In this document: positions 10,601 to 25,877 of the stretch, piece by piece
Position numbering within the stretch: the stretch's first letter is position 1
Layout of the letters: every line of letters begins with the position of its first letter
Source of the DNA: Felis catus
Lineage: Eukaryota
NCBI RefSeq assembly: GCF_018350175.1
Contig: NC_058382.1
Coordinates: 7,254,001 to 7,318,000, forward strand
Length of the DNA: 64,000 nt
Reading direction: 5' to 3'
Made by a program: the position numbers and the translations under genes
Notes under the pieces: generated by a model
The model's database searches: none
What the model was told of the DNA's origin: nothing
Seen by the model: the letters and a program-made list of their open reading frames with translations, nothing else

Positions 10601-12858
10601 CTAGGTGGGGGAAATAGACAATAAACAAAAATACATATAAAATGAATTATTAGGTAGAGTTAAGTGATATAATGAAGTATCATGGAGAGTTAAGAGGATA
10701 GGGAGAGATAGAGGGGTGGTGTCTTCATTAGAATGGTCAGGGAAGGCTTCTAAAATGAAGTGACTTTTGGGAGAGGTAGGATTTAGCTGAATTGGGGCGG
10801 TCTGGGGATGGGAAGATTGGAGAGACAGGGTCATAGGTGTCACAAGGGGGCACCTCCATGTCTTTCAGTCACCTGATCCTTAATTTGCGAATGACTTTGG
10901 GATGGGGCACCTGGGTGACTCAGTTGGTTATAAGTATCCAAGTCTGAGTCTCAGCTCAGGTCTTGATCTCAGGGTTGTGAGTTCAAGCCCCACATTGGGC
11001 TCCACACTGGGTGGTAAAGCCTAGAAAGTACGAAAGAAAGCAAAAAAGCAAGAAGGAAGGAAGGAAGAAGGGAGGGAGGGAGAGAGGGAGGAAGGGAGGG
11101 AAGGAAGAAGGAAGAAAGAGAGGAAGAAAGAAAGAAAGAAAATGGCGGGACTCTGGGCAAGAAACAGAAGGTAAGGTCCACAGCCTTTCTCTAGATGTTG
11201 GAAAGAAAACTGCAGGAGCCATAGCTTTGTTTAATGTGGTGAGACGTGATGTGCCCTGCAAAAGGTGTCAGAAAACCCTCCTGTGCAGCCAGGCATGTAC
11301 AGAAGGGAGGTTAGATTCACCTAGGGACTGAGGGAAATGGTTACTCTCTCTGGGAACTTACAACCTCTGCCCCCTCAGAGAATTTTCCTGACACCCTCAA
11401 CTGCGCAGAAGTACAAATCTTTCCCCTGAAGAAGTGTAAAGATGTCTACCCTGGGGAAGTCACAGATGGTATGATTTGTGCAGGAGACAGCAATGGGGCC
11501 GACTCATGCCAGGTGAGTGACTTCTGAAACCCCCTTCTTCCCTTGGCCTTCAATGCCCATGGAGGCTTGGGGCTTGGCATCAGGGGAAACTCAAAGAGTT
11601 AGCACCCAGAGAGGTTATACTCCATCTCTAGAGCGGGAAGCAGGTTCAGAGAAGGTCACACTCTCCCTGCAGGTCACACTGCACAGGGATCAGGAACGCT
11701 AAATTGTCGCTATCATTTTCTTGGGAACTCTTGTCTTCAGGATAGGGTGCAGACAGAGGAAGGGATAAAGGGAGCAAGAGAAGATGTCCATGCGGGAAAG
11801 AGTCTGAAGCTAGAGGGTGAGCAAGCTCCCTGCTCCCTTCCGCAGGAATTTGTGCTGACTCTATCACTGACCAGGTAGCCAGCCACCTTTCTTTGGGACC
11901 TGATTGGGTTTCCTAGCACGGTGGCCTTCTCCTATGATTTGTTCCTTGGGAAGCAATACTCTCTTGCCAACAGGCCAGAGAATGGTGCCATTGACTTTAA
12001 CCCTCCCTCAATGAGCTCCCCATCCCCAAGATGACAAATCTTGGGATTTGCCATAGATGTAACAGTGGTTCTTATTTGGCTGCAGTTTCAGTCTTCAGGG
12101 CTCCCCCAGCTTTGTCTCCCTCATGGAAGTCCCACCCCCTTTGCTAATGATTGGTCCCTGAAGACAATGCTTCCATGCTTTCTTTCCCATTGGCCAGGAA
12201 TGAAATCATTTCCATCAGTGTCCTCCCAGGAAATCTAATCTTTCAGGATGGTTCCAGTTCCATAGAGACAAAGATCTCTTCCCAAAAGACCCCACCATTG
12301 CCCCTTGCACGTGTGTGTGTGTGTGTGTGTGTGTGACCACAAGAACTCTGCTCCTTCCCTCTCTCTTTGGTAACTGGATTCAAAGATCTGTTCGCCACTG
12401 GCAGGAACCAAGACATCAGCTCAGTCCCCTCCATGTAATCCTCACTGTCTTCTTTCTGACTTGGACGTTTGAGACATCATTCTCTTCCCTCCTTGGTCAC
12501 GATGTCCCCCGTTGGTTGCCCTTGCACACCCAGTGTGTGTCCCAGTACATGAAGCCCCACCTTTCCCTGTCACCATTGGTCCCAGGATACAATGCTCTTA
12601 TCCCTATTGGTTAGAGGAACCAATCAGCTACAGAACTAGTACTAAATGTGGGATGCAGCGGGGGATCTTAGGTGAAAGTATTCTCTTACTCTCCCCTTCC
12701 AGGGAGATTCCGGGGGCCCGCTGGTGTGTGGTGGTGTTCTCCAAGGTATCACATCCTGGGGATCAGACCCCTGTGGGCGGCCCGAGAGACCTGGTATCTA
12801 CACCAACATTTGCCGCTACTTGGACTGGATCAAGAAGACCATAGGCAGCAGGGGTTGA
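7557..12858 (+). CDS. KLK8: Kallikrein-related peptidase 8 (neuropsin), 5 coding exons: 7557-7626, 8104-8263, 8420-8679, 11379-11512, 12703-12858 (259 aa)
   Basis: [47 protein letters not shown]...TAAHC...DHSHDLML...[12 protein letters not shown]...ADSCQ GDSGGP...IGSRG*. 780 nt in frame; Asp at S1 (trypsin-like). Confidence 0.96.
8104..8263 (+). CDS. KLK8: KLK8 coding exon 2
   Basis: QESKVLGG...[10 protein letters not shown]; donor gtgagt. Confidence 0.95.
8420..8679 (+). CDS. KLK8: KLK8 coding exon 3
   Basis: [11 protein letters not shown]...SHDLMLIRL...[10 protein letters not shown]. Confidence 0.95.
9495..9707 (-). mobile_element. Can-SINE
   Basis: Reverse tRNA-like head (cccaggtgcccc), (GA)n and poly-T; TSD tgaccaatagattttt at 9479 and 9708. 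Confidence 0.92.
10064..10260 (-). mobile_element. Can-SINE inserted in an L1 3'-end fragment
   Basis: TSD caatattctatta at 10051 and 10262; flanks resemble a reversed carnivore L1 3' end. Confidence 0.88.
10309..10440. other. Assembly gap (N x132)
   Basis: Run of n. Confidence 0.99.
10904..11141 (+). mobile_element. Short Can-SINE with GA-rich (GGAA/GAAA)n tail
   Basis: ggggcacctgggtgactcag head followed by a purine microsatellite. Confidence 0.8.
11379..11512 (+). CDS. KLK8: KLK8 coding exon 4
   Basis: [14 protein letters not shown]...[14 protein letters not shown]; donor gtgagt. Confidence 0.95.
12703..12858 (+). CDS. KLK8: KLK8 coding exon 5
   Basis: [54 protein letters not shown]. 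Confidence 0.95.
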   Translation, partial: GDSGGPLVCGGVLQGITSWGSDPCGRPERPGIYTNICRYLDWIKKTIGSRG

Positions 12859-12885
12859 TGCTAGGACAAGCCCTGGACCCACTTC

Positions 12886-12891
12886 AATAAA
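12886..12891 (+). terminator. KLK8 polyadenylation signal
   Basis: AATAAA 27 nt after the stop, followed by a GU/U-rich tract. Confidence 0.75.
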
Positions 12892-13171
12892 CTCACAACT
12901 CAGCCTTGCTCCTTGCCTGTTTGTGCTTCCTCCTTGCTGGGAGGGATGGAAAGACGGGGGTCTGCGCCTTGCTGGGACATTTGATGGGTGGTCTACAGAG
13001 ATCAGGACCACCCCCCACCCCATGGCCACTCTGGCTACCACCATTGCCTGGAGTGACCCCCTTTATTTCTGGAAGGGCTTGGAGGAATGGGAGGTTAAAT
13101 TCAGGGGAGAAGACACACAAGGATTTCCAAATATCCGGTGGGTTGGCCTGCAAAAGACAGATTTGAAAGAA

Positions 13172-13356
13172 TTTCTTTTTTTTAATTAATTAATTTATTT
13201 TGAGAGAGAGAGCTTGTACAAGTGGAGGAGGGGCAGAGAGAGAGAATCCCAAGCAGGCTCCACCTTGTCAGTGACGTGGGGCTCGAACTCACAAACCATG
13301 AGATCGTGGCATGAGCCGAAATCAAGAATTGGATGCTTAACTGACTGAGCATCCCT
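13172..13356 (-). mobile_element. Can-SINE
   Basis: Poly-T, (GA)n, reverse head; flanked by aagaatttct. Confidence 0.88.
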
Positions 13357-13447
13357 AGAAGAATTTCTGTTTAGTTGTTCCAAGCAGCTAAAGTGTTTCT
13401 AAGTTTTGCAGGGAGAGTTCCCCTTCCCCATTTTAAAAATTATAAGA

Positions 13448-13657
13448 GGGGTGCCTGGGTGGCTCAGTCAGTTAAGTTTCTGGCTTTCATTCAGGTCATG
13501 ATCTCACGGTTTGTTGAATTCAAGCCCCACAGCGGGCTCTGTGCTGACAGCTCAAGCCTGGAGGCTGCTTGAGATTCTGTGTCTCTCTCTCTGCCCCTCC
13601 CCTGCTCGCACTTTCTCCCTCTCTCAAAAACAAACATTTAAAAAATTAAAAAAAATT
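13448..13657 (+). mobile_element. Can-SINE
   Basis: ggggtgcctgggtggctcag...(CT)n...A-tail; flanked by aaaaattataaga. Confidence 0.9.
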
Positions 13658-14774
13658 ATAAGATATGTAAAGTGCAGGAAATACACGAATATGCACCTAT
13701 GGAACTACCACCCAGGTGAAGAAATAGAACACGGACAGCCCCCAGAAGTCTGGGAGACAGATTATTTTTCCCCCTTAGGAGAAACAGAAATCTTTCTCAC
13801 AGCTTAGAGCTTTTCTGCTGTGGTATGAGGAAATGAGTCACTTCATTGAAGGTGCCCAAACTGAAGTATGGAGGAAAAGAGATTTGGAGGGAGTTTTCAT
13901 CAAAGCAGAGGCTAAATGTAAGTCGTCTTGAGAAAGATGTGTGTGGAGTGGGTAGTTATTGTAAGGATAAAAATAAATTGCAACGGTGGGGGGGGGGGGA
14001 GACTAGCTCCACTCTATCTCATCTCCATGTATGTTTCATTCCTTTCTTGCTACCAACCTCTAACCCATTTATTTGACTCTCTGACGCCTTTCTCTACATG
14101 CTTCTGCATTTTCATGGTGCTGGCTCCCTGGTGCGCTTCTCCAGTCTCTCTCCTTACTTCATAACCGCTGAACTTCACCTATACCTGCCACCAACTGCTT
14201 TGCTTCCTGGGGATTTCCCACATTATATACCAATAGGAGAGAATCCCATTGGTCCAGGTCAATTTTTCTCCTTCAGCCACATGATAGGTTATTGAATGGC
14301 CAATGGTTTGACTGCATTCTGGTCAGGTGACCAGTCCCATCCAATCAGTGGCTATGTGGAATCAGGGGCTACAAGTCGTCTGGGACGTGGGCTGTGGGTG
14401 GAGCAATTCTCCGCAAGGGGTGTGGGTGTGCTGGATGTCTTGCATGGCACACATCAATCTCTGTCCTCCGTGAAAGTCCCCGAATACCAGAAATCCTGAG
14501 GAAGTCTTTCATGCCTGATAGTAAACTCCTGGAGCTGGGGATGCATTTCTGGAGGTGAGACTCAAGGGTCATCTCGGCCTAAAGAATTGTTTTAGAATTT
14601 TTATTATGAATAATTTCAAGCATATGTAAAATGGTGTAGAAATCCTTGTACACCAACTGAATCAAAACCAGTTCTTTCTCCTCTACTACACACTTCTCTA
14701 ATGTGGGAATATTTTGAAACAAACATTAGCTATCATTTTGTTCTCAAATATGTTCATTTGTATTTTTAAAACAG

Positions 14775-15240
14775 TATGGCAAGCTACAGTTCATGGGCCA
14801 AATCTCAAGAGGTATAAATAGCTTTTACTACTTGATTTGATGCCAGGGAGCATTAATTTTGAACCCTAATTAAGCAAGATGTTATCCCTCCAAAAGAATT
14901 CCATTTTGCTGATTAATAGACCTGTATGACAAAAATTGGTAACAAATGATTATTTTGAATTTCATCAGTTAAAAATGTTGGCGGGGGGCCTGGGTGGCTC
15001 AGTTGGTTAAACGTCTGACTCTTAATCTCAGCTCAGGTCTTAATCTCAGGGTCACGAGTTCAAGTCCCTCATTGGGTTCCACCGTGCAGCCTAGTTAAAA
15101 ATTTAAAAATGCATGGAAATTTATTTTCTTTCTTGTTATGTGGATACCTACATAATATCCTCAATTTTTCCTCATGGTCTAGAAAGCCTAAAATATACAC
15201 TATTTGGTCCTTTATTGGAAAAGTTTGCCAACTCCAGCTC
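14775..15240. mobile_element. MER58-like hAT element interrupted by a short Can-SINE (~14983-15108)
   Basis: ctacagttcatgggccaaatc ... aagcctaaaatatacactatttggtcctttattggaaaagtttgccaac termini. Confidence 0.55.
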
Positions 15241-17019
15241 TAAAATATAGATTCTTTTAAAACATAAAAACCTTATGTTATCACCGCTTACAGAGTTAGT
15301 AATAATTCCTTAATATCATCCAATACCCAGGTGACACTTAAATGTCCCCAATGGAATATAAACCAGAGAATACTTGAAGATTGATTTATAGTATTAAGTA
15401 GGGGCATGACTGAGGTCAATGAGGAGAAGAGACTTGTCCAAGGTCAACCAAAATTCAGGAATCTGGGAGGGGTCAACCAAAATTCAGGGGTCTGGGAGGA
15501 AATCAGAGAGCACTAGGCATGGACAAAAGCTGAAAGGAGCCACTTAGTCAGGGAGCTTTTGGATAGCAACGTCAGAGTCCAAAATGAGTTCAAAATGGCT
15601 TATGTACAAGAAGAGATTGATTGATTTAGGTGGCTAAGAAGGCTGTGGGGATGATTCATGATGTCAGAGGATGTGACATGGGTACCAGAGTCTCAAGTAC
15701 TTGAAATAGTGACTTAAGCCAATTAGCTCTCTCTCACACACTCACACACTCTCTCTCTTTGACACTTTCTCTCTGACACTCTGCCTACTTCTCTCTGCTT
15801 CTGTTTTTTGGGTTTTTTGGTTTTTTTAATGTGTAAGCTGTTTTTCAACTCTGCTTGTCTCTTTCCTTCTCCTTTGGATCTCATTCTAGCCCCTGTAGAC
15901 AGACTTTTTCAGAGGAAGGGAACCTAGCAGCTACTGACACACCCAATTAAGCAAACACAGTAGAAACAAAGATCTCCATTCTCCTGGCATCTTGATATTA
16001 CTCCCAGGGAAGAACTCTGATTGACTGAAGAACTCAGCTTGAACTGAGCCCACCCCTTTGGATCAATCATTGTTGCCAGGGAGGAAACAATGCTTTTCTC
16101 GGCTTGGCCTGGGTCATGCATCAATCACAGTGGTTGGGTGGGCAGATGGTAAGGTTTGGAGAACTATGATTGAAACTTTCACCAGAACTATCTGAAATAA
16201 AAGAGCAGCTTCCCAAAAGAAGTGGGGAGCTGTTCTTGAAAGAAGAGGGAAGGGAATCCAGGAAGTCAGAAACAATAGGCCTTCGGAACCCAAGAGGCTG
16301 AGTCAGGAGGTTCCAGGGTCACAGTGTCCAGGATCCCTCAGGGCAAGGCACAGCTGGCAGGATAACCAGATGCCTGTTCTCAGGCATGATCATGAGCTGG
16401 AGGATGAGTCATCAGGCAAAGGTTCAGGACACAGGTTTGAGGGCAAGGGAGATACGAGGCTGGGTATCTGTGTGGGACTTGAGAGCGGGTGCTGGTGCTA
16501 AACCCACAGGGCACAGGAGGGCTGGGACTTGGAGGTCTCACCAGCGTGGGGTTATGCATCCTTAATAGGCTCATAGGGTCCTGAGTCCATTTGGAGCCAA
16601 ATAAAACTTCCAGGGTGTGTGACAGTATCCCAGGAAAATTTTCTTCTCAGAGTGTGGGTTTGTACAATCATAATGCTATGGGCAATCCTCAGCATTTGAA
16701 TTCTGCTTCTTCTGACTCCTTAGCTATATGACTTTGCTCAAGTGGTCGAACCTCTTTTAAACCTCCATTTTATCATCTGTAATATGGGGAAGACAGTCCT
16801 AACTTGGACCCATGTGAGAAATAAAAATGAGTTCTGAGAAGTGTCGGGCACGTCACACTGCAGGTACACAAGAAATGAAAGCTTCTTCATTCTGGATTGA
16901 TGGGGTAAGGAAGCTAATATTAACTCAGCATATGCTGTGTGTATGTCCATTTTCTTTTAATAATTTTATTTAATCCTCCCATTTGCCTTGAGAAGTAAAT
17001 TTTTCTCTCCCCCACTTTA

Positions 17020-17233
17020 TTTTATTTTTTTTAACGTTTATTTATTTTTGAGACAGAGAGAGATAGAGCATGAATGGGGGAGGGTCAGAGAGAGAGGAAG
17101 ACACAGAATCCGAAGCAGGCTCCAGGCTCTGAGCTGTCAGCACAGAGCCCAACGCGGGGCTCGAACTCACAGACCTCGAGATCATGACCTGAGCCGAAGT
17201 CGGACACTTAACTGACTGAGCCACCCAGGCGCC
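17020..17233 (-). mobile_element. Can-SINE (felid type)
   Basis: Full length; TSD ctctcccccacttta on both sides. Confidence 0.93.
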
Positions 17234-18554
17234 CTCTCCCCCACTTTAAAGAAAGGCAAAGTGAGGCTCAGAAAAAATGAAGTCACTTACCTGAAATCAC
17301 AGGACTGGCAATTAGGATTCGCACCTGGGTTGGTCTGACTTGTGAGGTCAAGTTCTTTCTCTCACACCACATGGCTGAATGGCTCAGGGGTTAAGGAAAG
17401 ACAGTCTACAGTTGGCAAATCTGTGGATGACAGTGGTTTGCAAACTAGTATACTAGTATTTATTTAAGTACCTCCTATGTTCCCTGGTGTGGGCTGGGTA
17501 TGAACATCAGGTTTGTTCCTTCTGCTCATGTTTAAGTGTTTAGCAACAACATCAGATTAAATAATTAGACACAGAAAGACAGACATTCAGAGCACAACAG
17601 AGGAGAAGTTCAGGGGATGTATGAATGAATAACAGGGCTCCAGAGGAATGGGGCTCCTTTCTTCTTTCTGACAGAATTCTGATGAGGCAGGGAGCTGAAG
17701 AGAGAGTCCAGGGATAAAGATTTGGGCACTAGATGACAAATTGGAAGTCTTACTAAAATTTCCCTCCTTAAGAAGCCAGGAGAGAAAGATAGATTACTGA
17801 CTCACAGGGCTATGAGGTTAAGTGGCCTGGGGTCTACTCCTTCTTGATTTGGGAGCCCAAGTCAGAAAGGCTGACATCCCTCAAGGCCAGGGTCCTCCTG
17901 TGGAATTGGTGACATCAGGAGTCTGAGTTCTGGGGTCTCATTTTGGATTTGATGAGAGTAAGTGTCTTAGAAAGTTTGGGGACTTAGCTTGAATTTAGTC
18001 AGTATAGGATCAATATTAGTATGGTGTTAGTTGGTAGACTTTATTTTAGAACTTGTATGAAACAAAGAGTCAAGGTGGTGTGTGGAATTGGGAAAGTGAA
18101 GGCGGGGGTGGGGAAAGGAGTTGGGCATGGAAATTAATATGGAATTTCAGATAGAAATTGGGTTGAAGAGGAGAATAGGGCTGGAAGTGGGGCCAGAGTG
18201 TTAAGATTAGTGTGATTTGGGGGTGAGTTCATGGAGAACATGTCAGTGTAGGCCTTCTGGAATATTACAGGGATGGGCACTATAGTTGTGCATGGGTCAG
18301 GCTTGGGACTGAGGCTATGGTGACATTCAGTTTTGGTCAAGGTTGAGTTTGGTTTATGGTTAGGGATTCAGGGTTTGGGTCAAGGTTTATGGTTGATTGA
18401 GGTGTAAGCCATAGCTCAAGCTAACATTTGGAGTCAGGGACTTGGTCAAGTAAGTTAGAATTGGACAAGGATAAAGCAGAATTGAGGGTTAGGTTTGGGT
18501 ATGAACTGAGGTTTCAGGTTAAGACTCGGGTTTGTGTCAAGATTAGTGTTGCAA

Positions 18555-18772
18555 GGGGTACCTGGGTGGCTCAGTCAGTTGAGTGTCTGACTTCAGCTCA
18601 GGTCATGATCTCGGTTCATGGGTTCAAGCCCCGCATCAGGCTCTGTGCTGACAGCTGAGAGCCTGGAGCCTGCTTTGAATTCTGTGTCTCCCTGTCTCTC
18701 TGCCCCTAACCCACTCGCATTCTGTCTCTGTCTCTCTCAAAAATAAATAAACATTAAAAAAGATTTTTAAAA
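18555..18772 (+). mobile_element. Can-SINE
   Basis: Full length; degenerate TSD attagtgttgcaa / attggtgttgcaa. Confidence 0.9.
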
Positions 18773-21589
18773 AATTGGTGTTGCAAACTGTGTCAGTAAG
18801 AATTGTGCTTGAAGCCAGTGACTGAGGTCTTTCTCACCTTCTCATGAGCACTTGATCATATCTGATCAGGCCTTCTCAATGGCACCATCATCCATCGAGC
18901 AGGAGACTTGAAGTCTTAACAACTGTCTCTCACACCACAACATCCATTTAATCCATGCCTAACGCCTATTGATTTTCTTCTCTGAGCACATATTGAATCT
19001 ATTCTCTTATTTCCATCTTCACCTCCTAAATGGCCTTATCCAAGTCACCATCATCTCTCATCTGGATTATAGCAATAGTCTCCTTATGTGTCTACATCCC
19101 CTTAAAATCCATCCTCCATATAGCAGGTAGAGTGACATTTTGCAAACACAAATCTTGTTATGTCACTCTGTGACTGAATTCCAAGTGGTTCACCATTGTC
19201 TACAGAATAAAGTCAAACTCACCATGACATACAATGTTCTTTACCATCTGGTTCCAGCCAACTCCCCGTCTCTGAGTTCCATCCATGACTCCTTTCCATC
19301 TCAGAGCCTTTGCACATACAGTTTCATCTAAATGATATACTCTCCAATCCCTTCCCATTTTATTCTAGTTAAAATTTACCGTTCTTTCAACTCTTAGCTC
19401 ATTGCCACTTCCTGGGTCAAGGTCTCCAGGAAGTGCTTTCCTTCAGAGCACACATTGGACTTGTAATTTTACATTTATTTATGAATTATGCATCTTTATT
19501 TTACACTAGACTGTCAGCTCCTTGAGAGAAGGAACTCTGTCCAGGTTTGTGCACCATAGTATCCTCAGCATCTAGCCCAGCCTGTGTATATAGATGGTGC
19601 TCAATACGTATGAAGGATTGGATCTGAAAGGCAATGTGGAAGGAGGGCTGGAAAGAGAACTAGGATTGGAGGCAGGACTGGGTTTGTTGATTACTGTGGC
19701 TTCAAGGTACAGATTCAAGTTAGAATTGGGTTTGGATTCATGGTTTAGGATCAGATTTGAATTTAACATTGAGGTTTTATTAAGGAAGATTTTGGCTGTA
19801 GGAACCAAAAACTCCAAACCAGATAGAAAACCTGAAGAAGTCACAAGATGAAGAAGCACCACAGTTGGTTAATTCACTAGCTTAGAGACCTCATCAAAGA
19901 CCCCATCTATCCCCATCTCTCTCTTTGGCCATCTTCACTGTTTTGGCTTGGTCTGCCAGATGTTTCTCTCCGTGGCTCCAGCAGAACTGCCACAGTTCCA
20001 TAACTTACATCCAAAAGGGACATCATCTGGCAGAAGAAAAGAGAACTCTTCAGGTGTCACTTTTGAAAATAAGACAGTCTTTCCTAGAAGTGCCCCAATG
20101 ATCTTCCTCTCATCATTGGCCAGGACGGCCTTTCATGTCCGTGTCTAAACCAGTCACTGGCAAGCAGAGTATGGGTTTCATGTTTGGTGTTTTACTGCAC
20201 TGAAGTGTAAGGATGAAAGATTATCCAATCAAAATTGGGGTGCTCATAGAAAGGCAGAAGGAGTGAATGCTTGGGTAGGCAACAATAATGCCTATTATGT
20301 TATGGGACAAAGGTAGAATAGGGTTGGGGTTGGCATTCAGATAAGATTTGGGCTGATACCTGAGGAACCAGTCACATTTTGGAGGTCTGCTTTGGAAGTT
20401 GGGGCAATTCCACTTTTAGGAATTTGCCTTCAAGTAATAATCAAATAATGGTTCCCATTTCATTTAAAGTAAAAGCCTAAGTTCTACATTGGTCTTCAAG
20501 ACTCTATGTCCTTTGAGTCCTGTTATGTCTCTGATCTCATGGTCTGACCTTGTCTCCCTTGGTCATTCAGCTCCAGTCAAAATGTCTTCCCCGTTAGAAT
20601 ATTCTAGTCTCACACCTGCATGTTTGCTCTGCCTGGAACTCACTACCCAGAAGTCGCTACATGGATCCATTCATCATCTCCTTCAGGATTTTGCTAAGAT
20701 GTCACCTTCACATGGGAGTCTTTCCAATCATTGTTCCCAACTATATATCCTTAGGGATTTCTGAGCGTGGAGAGAACCAAGAACTCCCTATCCCTCTTCC
20801 TGTTTTTATTTTTCTCCGTAGCACTTACCACCACCTAACAAACAATATATTTTATGTACTTATTTTTGTATTCATGGTCTCCACCTGCTAGGAGAGCCTC
20901 TGTGAAGGAATTTTTGTCTGCTTTGTTGACTGCTGTGTCCCCAGGAGCAAAACAGTGTCTGGCAGAGTAGATGTCCAAAGGATACTTGAATGAACACAAG
21001 GAACAAAGATGAATGTACAAAGAAGTTAGTTCATCCCAGCATTATTATAATTAAAACTATCCAAATATACTCCAGTTTGAAACACATTACATAAATCATG
21101 GTACAATCATAGAATGGAATACTATCTGTGGGAGGAAGGAAGAGGAAATTATCTAAATAAACTACCAGGAAAAATTGTTCAAGGCATTTTACAGAGGAAA
21201 AAAAAAGTTATATTATGGAATGCCCAGTACAGGGTTTTTGTTGTTGTTGTTGTTGTTATAAATACATAGTATGATAGAAATCTATGTATACGATGATAAC
21301 AGTGAGCATTTAGTAGGGTGGGATTAGGCAAAACACTCTCTTTTTAATTCATATCCCTATATCAGGGCTGGGAGTGGGTTCAGGCTCAAAGACACCACTA
21401 GGATCCAGACTGGATAGGTTCCCACAAGCTGGTCAGAATTAGGGCACCGGGGGTAGGTTGCCCCTGAGGGGGAACAAAGACAAGAAAATGGCCCCAGAGG
21501 AGGCCAATCCCAGAGCTCAGCCCTCCTTTGACTCCAGCTCCCGTGGCCCCCCTCAGAGCTAGCACCTGGTCTCTCCAGCGGCAGGCCAC

Positions 21590-21886
21590 GAGAGACGTCG
21601 GACCAGAAGGGGCGGGGGCGAACTGGCTGGGTACCGCCCGACCCAGGCCTCCAGAGGGAGGGTGGAGAAAGAATTGAGTGCGGCCAATTGCTTTAGCCGC
21701 CTCAGGGCTTCGAGATAACTGCGAACACAGGAAGGGGGGTGTCTCAGAGCCGGCTCCACCTGCACCCCAGGGCGCTGGGGGCGGGCGTGGGGGTGGAGGT
21801 GGTATAAGAGGGCCGCCCTGCACAGGGCTGGACACGCTTGGCTCCCGACTGAGTCCGGAGCCGAGATCACATCAGACCCTCCAGAG
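21590..21886 (+). promoter_or_regulatory. KLK7: KLK7 promoter (GC boxes, CCAAT ~21684, TATAAG 21803-21808) and non-coding exon ending at donor gag|gtgaga (21886)
   Basis: CpG-rich patch with a TATA-like box ~480 bp upstream of the ATG and a consensus donor. Confidence 0.65.
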
Positions 21887-21949
21887 GTGAGAAGGGGCCT
21901 CTTTTGGGGTGCGGGATGAGGCTGGCTGGACAGCTGGCTCCTGCTCCTA

Positions 21950-22170
21950 AGGGGAGGAGGAGCCTGGAGTCCCAGTTCTGAGGGATGAGGGGCTGGAAGT
22001 CTGCCATTTGGCGTCTGTCGGGGAAAAAGGAACTGAGGACCTAGACTTGTAGATGGGGAGGGATGGGAACCCAGATTCCTGGGTCCCAAGGAGAAGGGAG
22101 GTCTGGAGGCCTGGCCTCCTGGGTCTGAGGGAGGAGGGGCTGGGGCCGAGACCCCTGGGTCTGCTGGGGG
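21950..22170 (-). repeat. MSR1-like array in KLK7 5' intron
   Basis: ctcctgggtctgagggaggaggggctgggg is the reverse complement of the MSR1 unit. Confidence 0.7.
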
Positions 22171-22280
22171 AGAGTTGGGGGCTTGGACTACTGCTTCTTG
22201 AACTCTTTGTCCTCCCCAGTCCCAGCAGAAGAGGCCCTTCCTCTGCCTGGCAGCCCCTGGCGAGGCTCAGAGAGGCCACC

Positions 22281-25877
<3,597 letters not shown>

